Assembly (NCBI GenBank): GCA_977862235.1
Contig: OZ374560.1
Location: 2,170,001-2,234,000 of the forward strand
Origin: Dudresnaya verticillata
Lineage: Eukaryota
DNA length: 64,000 nt
Direction of reading: 5' to 3'
Part shown: positions 57,942 to 64,000 of the stretch, in pieces
Layout of the letters: each line of letters starts with the position of its first letter
Position numbering within the stretch: the stretch's first letter is position 1
Made by a program: the position numbers and the translations under genes
Notes under the pieces: model-generated
The model's database searches: none
Seen by the model: only the letters and a program-made list of their open reading frames with translations
Told to the model about the DNA's origin: nothing

Positions 57942-58074
57942 TTCGCGAGCGTGCGAAGCATTCGCGAGCGTGCGAAGCATTCGCGAGCGTGCGAAGCATT
58001 CGCGAGCGTGCGAAGCATTCGCGAGCGTGCGAAGCATTCGCGAGCGTGCGAAGCATTCGCGTAGGTGCGAAGCA
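57942..58074. repeat. 19-bp minisatellite (TTCGCGAGCGTGCGAAGCA) x6 perfect plus 1 variant
   Basis: Units start at 57942, 57961, 57980, 57999, 58018 and 58037, with the variant at 58056. There are no spacers. Confidence 0.95.
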
Positions 58075-58972
58075 TGCGCGTTATTTCCGTGCCCACGAAA
58101 GCCTTGACATGTACCTGCACGCCATGGATAATATTAACTTTTGTGGTCGCATTTGACAGCACAACTCCACGGAATGGTGATTATGTGGCCGCCAAGAAGG
58201 GGACCTCCCCGCTTGCTGAAAAGCTTGCTATCGTTAACCTCGATCACTACCCTTGTTCTACGCTGCGGTGCAGTTGGCGTTAATTGCCGCTGCCTGTTTC
58301 CCCACCTGTGATGGCGTCTCGTGATGAAGCCCTCGTAGAGGGATGTACTGAAGTGCTGGTTAAAGTTTGTACTCTTTTGAATATTGTCGGATTAAGAAAT
58401 GAACTTCGCAACTCGAGCTAAACGGTCTTTATAAAATCACGCTTAACACTAAACTTAGCGTTGGGTTGAAATGTCGGCCGCGTATTGTGTTCAGTTTAGA
58501 CATACATGCAGCTCTGTGTATCTCTAGAAATATTTACGAGAGTCTCTCTGAGACTATTGTGCTGGCTGTGCATTGAAACAAGTCTCAGTTTACCTCCTGG
58601 ACCGATCCCCTCTCTCGCCGCCGTCCTCGAATGAGCGACGACTGATGAAGAGTCTAGGCTCCAACCGACCCGAGGCAGGGTTGCCCAGAGCAGGCAAACA
58701 AACGGGTGAAGTCCCCCTGACACAATCGACATCCTAAAATACCATTAAATGTAAGACACGCGCCATCATCAAGCCACCTGCACTGCTGTGTTTCATGCAT
58801 GGCTTTACCCCAAATGGTTTAGTATTCAGCCGTTGTGCGGTTGTACTGAACGTTGTAGCATTCTCTACTTTTCTCGCCGTAGACGTTCAGCTCAGGCCAT
58901 CATTTGTAAACTGCACAGGTCAGTCAGAGTTCAATATTGGTGGCATTGGGCATACTGCGCATCATTACCAAA

Positions 58973-58994
58973 GAGAGAGAGAGAGAGAGAGAGA
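58973..58994. repeat. (GA)11 microsatellite
   Basis: Read directly from the sequence. Confidence 0.9.
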
Positions 58995-60233
58995 TTAACT
59001 TTATGTAGGAATATCAGGAATGTCCATAACGGAGCTTAAGGGGAATCTAGAGAAGAAGCAATGCATCCAAGGCAGGTTCGGTATCTATTTCGCTGCCGTT
59101 TCTAGAAGAAAAACACGCCAAGGCTGCAAATAGAGGCATGTGTGTATGTTAGTGGGTAGGGTTTCTCGTACGGAGACACGGATGCCAGCGACAGCGCTTG
59201 GAATTTTTGTCGTAGACGCACCGAGCAGGCATTCCTGGCGGAATACTTTCCCAGATTTCCGTTTTCCTACAGCACAACATTGACCCTCTTCCCTTGCACG
59301 GACGCCCACAACGGCTGTTTGATAGGGGCTGCAAACTCTCCGCGCACTTTTCACTACCAACCTGCGATTGTTGTCCACCCGAAGCGGGATAGCCATTCCA
59401 CAATTTTTGCGATTGCTCTTAGAGCCGAATACAGTTGTCGAAAGTCTCGAGCTTCTCGCGGTGCATCTGCTCGCTTATTGCAACCGCCTTATAGAGTCGC
59501 AGGTCAACGACAAGTACAGTAACAAGTTTTTGGGGAAATCTGCGACTAGTGAGAGAGCGAGTCACTACACGCGAGAAAGTATGCTGTATTCTCTCGTTGC
59601 ATAGCTTTGTGCAAGTTCAACGAGAACAGGTGCTTTGAAGTTGAAGCGGAGAAAATATCCACCACTCCAATTGTTTGTTTCTGTCAGGCAGCGTCGGCAG
59701 GAAGCTCTACTTTCTCGTTGCAAGTCGTGTCGAAAAGAGACCCGCACAACGGAACGCTCGCGACGGACGTGTCGTGTGATGTTGTTGTATTTTATTTGTG
59801 GTTGAACGTGTTGCATCTTCGTGTGCTGATGCGATAGAGCGCTGACAGCTTGTCAAAAAGTCAAATCACATGTCCGGAAGCCGTCCCGCAGTGGCAATCA
59901 GTTGCTGTACGTGGCACAGCATCCTCTGACAGAGCCGTCACTACAGTCACGCCCATCTCGCGAGGTGACTTGGCTGTCATCGTCACTGCTGCACCTTCTC
60001 TTTTTCTTTCAGTCACCTACAACCATCTCGGCGGAGCCAAAACTGTGAAACAAAAACACCATGCTGTTGCATGCTGTTGCCACAAGACCACGTTGAACAA
60101 ACTTTAAAATCAAGCATCACTTTAGTACTCCTCGACGCGTTCCAAGGAGAGTCCACGCAGATAACTCAGCCTGATAGACCCCGAGCTACGTATGCCCGCA
60201 TTCTGGACCTTAGGGTTTTAAACGAGGACATGT

Positions 60234-60285
60234 GCTCTTCGCGAAGCTCTTCGCAAAGCTCTTCGCAAAGCTCTTCGCAAAGCTC
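60234..60285. repeat. 12-bp tandem repeat (GCTCTTCGCAAA) x4
   Basis: Read directly from the sequence; the first unit is GCTCTTCGCGAA. Confidence 0.9.
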
Positions 60286-62180
60286 CGTCTAACAGGGCAC
60301 ACAAAGCGCAAACAAACCTGCCCTGCATACATAGACTGTCCGAAAAGGGAAAATCGCTCTGATCACACAGGAGGTACCTCCACACCTCCTTGACACTGAT
60401 GATTGGCACTGCGCACACAGGATATGTTCCCCTTGCTGAAGTCCGAGCTCTGCACAAGCGCTATGACTACAACAGTTCTTTGTCGAATCGTTCGCATGGC
60501 TGGCACCCCTTTTGACCTCCTTCCCCCAATGCAAGCTTCCGATGCAGAATGTCAGAAGGGTTGGAACGTCTCGTAGGTTTTATTTGCTTGTACTGTAACG
60601 GCATAAAGGCTTTGGTACCAAACCAGGGGATAGCTTAGCCGATGCTTTTGGATTTCTTGTCTATATGTATTGTATGTGTCTTTCCGCTTCCACTGAGGAG
60701 ATTGCTTCCCACCAATACGCTCTAAACGTACAAATCTGGCACAGAACTCTACCGTCGAACCTGGAAAAGAATAATAATAGCCCAAGTGCTTAGACCAGAC
60801 CAATTGCGAATGTACGGAACTTTGAGCCCACCGTCTACAGGTATTCAACGCTCTAACGAATACCTGCCTTATGCCTGAAATGCACCCCCAACATATACAG
60901 TACGCGACAGCAACTGCAATGCAATACAACACACCGAAGGACATCTTCTCCCCTCTGCAGTGAAATAAAGACGCGTAACTTGGTACAAAACCCTTGGAAG
61001 ATCTGTCCAACAGAATATGGTACAGAGGGACTCACAAGTTATCCTTTTCCCCACAAGCCGGTGACAAGTCTGTCATGGGCCTTGACTCAAGGCTGCTTCG
61101 CGTTCAGCAAAGCCCGGGTTGATACTAACGTCACGGAGGCATCGCATCCTCCACGCCTGCCTTGTCATGTCTTTGTGGCAGAGGCAAGTAGCAACGATTT
61201 TGATAGCGTTCGTTTGGCTGAACTGCCGACTGGAAAATATTCATGTTGTGCTTGGATGAACATCTGATATACAGTTTGACGTATCAAGAAGCCACAGTAG
61301 AGCCAAGCATAGAACTCCAGATGCATCCTAAAGCGCTGGGCTCATGAAGGATGGTTGAAATGGCGCTCAGCACTTGGAGCTATCAGCGTCCTGCAAAGGC
61401 AGAGAAGCCCTACGCGAGATTAAACCCTGATAGGAGTAAACAAAGCAACCCCTTCATGATAATAGGCAGTAACGCTTCTGTGTACTTGGATGAGTGGCAG
61501 TGACACTGTCAGATGTGTCAAGATGGACATATGCGGGATCTATCGCGCATACGTTGACGAGTCTATCGTTTCTATTATTTTCCGTGACGCATGGTACATC
61601 CTTGCGTTGCGTACGAGCATCTGTCCCCTTGATAGCCCGTGGGGACACAGCTGCATGTACAACACAACGACACATATGCACGATTGACAAGTTGGGAACG
61701 GCTTTTCTTTGCATACCAACTTTTAAATGCTTCTGCAATCGTACACGACCAGTGCGTGGGGGTTGTTGGAATACTGTTTATGAAACAGCAAGCGTTGCTA
61801 TTACGCACTTTTCTTTCCCGAGTCTCGCATATGGCTCTTGGTTACTTCTCACTGCGAGCTCGCAAACCTTTGCTGCCAGGCTCATGAGCTATATGACTCG
61901 TCTATCGATCTCCGCAAACCTAATAGATCTTGTCAGGCTGTTATTCATTGCAGGAATTATTGCGAAGTACCATCAGGCTTATTCGACAAGCGGCTTCAAT
62001 GCGTTACCGCGTGGATGCGAAATTTGTGATTGGAGAAGCTGTTTTGATTTTACTGAAAAGGAAATGATTACTTCAATGGGAGGAGTAGTAATAATCACCG
62101 AAACTATGACTAACCCAAAGAGGCTTGTATGCCTGTAGAAAGCAGAAGATAGAGACTAGAGACATCTTCGCATTGTTAAG

Positions 62181-62500
62181 TGAAGTTTGATTTATTGGTG
62201 TTTCGTGTTTTATTTAGAGTGGTCCTGCGCGGGCGGCTATGGCCCATTTGCAGACACACTTTCGGGCTAAGTGGTAACAAAAAACCAAGGAAATAATTTG
62301 GAGGAAAAGAGCTTGGGAGAGTGGCAGGGAGAACGAAGGAAGGAACTTATCGGGTCAGCTCCGGTGGCAGAACATCTGCAACCCTTATGGAACAGGATGC
62401 CTTCCGGTCTCCGGGAAGTGCGGCCTAGCAGGAGCCACCCAAACGAGTGTGAAACTGAACTAACCTGCGTGCGAGAACATTCTGATTTCGAGAAATAGCC
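62181..62500 (-). mobile_element. Short LINE-like 3' remnant
   Basis: 62181-62270 closely matches the 3' end at 34068-34150 (TGAAGTTTG..TTTATTGGTGTTT..AGAGTGGTCC..CTATGGCCCATTTGCAG). The 5' boundary is uncertain. Confidence 0.7.
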
Positions 62501-64000
62501 TGCGTCCGAGGACATTTTGATTTGTAGAACGCTCGGCTAGCTCACTGGGCTTTTCAAATGCGTAAAGCGATTGATACGCGACCTGAAATTTGCGTGACGA
62601 ACGATACATGCACACATGCTGCAGGGTACCTACCACTCCCAAAACCTAATCGATTCAAACTATCGAAAGTGGCGGAATGTTTACTGCCGAATGTTTCGAT
62701 GCCAGATGCAAACATGTCTGTCTGCAATGTCCCAGAATTCATAAGAACTCTCTCTATGGACATGGCGGTTGTAAAACAACGGGTTCGTTCTTTGGCCATG
62801 AATCTCCCAAAATTCTCCGAGCAGCGTTTCTCTTCGGCGGACAGAGAGAGGCCTGAGTTTCTGAAACAGTCTTCCAAGTGTTACGACATAGACTTTGTTT
62901 GGAATCTGACACGTTAATGCTGAGCACCAAAAAAATCTCAAAGCAAAAGACATACCTTGTTTCGTTAGCATGTACGAATCGTGTGAGACGCCTCCTTACA
63001 ACGCTGTACCGAAAGACATGTCCATCTCACCCAATCCCGTTTTGCGAGGAAGATAACCAATAGTGCACTTCCGTAGGGTTTTCTCTCCATGCAAAGTGCA
63101 TTATCCTCAACGGAGAGTCTGTTGCCTTCTAAGTATTTTAGATCTTTTCTCTGACAAACTGTAACGAAACTGACCATGCCTAATCCATCACCATTGTTGA
63201 GAGCTTAATTCGTAGTATTTTGTTATTTTGAACAAAAAAGAACGTACTTCTTTGACAACTATGTGTTTTGCCTTTTCAACTTGGACTACAAAGGACAAGT
63301 CCACTATGGAAGTACTTTTCGAGACCAGCAATAGTATGCGCTGCTGGCTTTTATCGACCTGTTCATCGCTTGTAGGGGTGGAAGCAGTGTCTATTATCTG
63401 ACAGAAAACAGCTCGAAGGTTACCGACCTCACGCAACATGCAACATGATGCGCTCCGTACTCACTCTGACTGCGCTTATTGCCGCGCTTTTTGCTTCCAT
63501 TTGTAGGATGCAGAGGAGAAATCTTAGGTACATCTCGGACTTCTAAGGGCCACATCCATATCCTTCGGACAAGGCATTTACGACGTCCATGAAATCATTA
63601 TGACAGTTAACGTTTGCTCCTCGCAGGGTATGTTCTGATACTATGAGGAGCCGAAAATGAGCGTGACGCTATTCTTCTTGTCCACACACCTCAACTCTTT
63701 GAACAAGTTACCGGTGCACTCGGGAACATCAGCAGAGCTATGGAATGACCGTAATGGGTCTAATGTCACGCCGTGCACATGCAAACAATGCGAATGAAAC
63801 CTCTCTGTAACCGTCGCAATCCAAGCGGTTTGTCATCTAGACTTCAGAACACTTTGTCGCTGACGGCAACATCAAGATACTGTCTTCAGCGCTTGAGTGT
63901 GTATACGGGCTTGGGATTATGGACCGTTTTCTGCCCATGCAGGACTGTTTGCTTAACTATACACTTGTACTGCCTGCAGCCAAAGATTTTGGATTGACAC

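Noticed and set aside
57942..58074. CRISPR-like array
   Set aside because: The units are head-to-tail with no spacers, there are no cas genes, and the context is eukaryotic.
58640..58680. CTGATGA as a hammerhead ribozyme core (also 40813)
   Set aside because: There is no correctly placed stem II followed by GAAA.
58300..63997. Short ORFs such as 61494..62138, 60552..61010, 62558..62917 and 63188..63439
   Set aside because: I see no recognisable domains or consistent frame. They may be decayed genes, but I cannot support a call without a homology search.

Overview
Eukaryotic nuclear DNA, repeat-rich. It is most likely from a multicellular red alga; this is inferred from the intron-poor genes, the chromovirus-dominated LTR nests and a tRNA with an ectopic BHB-type intron, and is not proven. 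The region from about 2.8 to 33.2 kb is one deeply nested cluster of Ty3/Gypsy retrotransposons. It holds three largely complete minus-strand elements (A, chimeric with two gags; B, with 310-bp LTRs and a TGTT TSD; C, a chromovirus inserted in B's gag) and five isolated LTRs, four with recognisable TSDs. Most of these sit in an older plus-strand gag remnant that reads in frame once the inserts are removed. The right half holds 5'-truncated LINE-like elements that share a conserved 3' motif, plus host genes: a ~1530-aa low-complexity protein with 24-aa tandem repeats and a pseudogenised partial duplicate, an F-box-like/LRR gene bracketed by inverted repeats, a decayed Cys-rich GCC2/GCC3-like pseudogene, and tRNA-Ala(UGC) with a 13-nt intron in the D-loop. 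Two paralogous genes (1-1415 and 54471-56108) encode proteins built from an unrecognised alternating pair of 6-Cys modules. The best leads are the D-loop-intron tRNA, the 6-Cys tandem-module family and a twin 21-bp hairpin at 2220-2304. All counts and alignments were done by eye.
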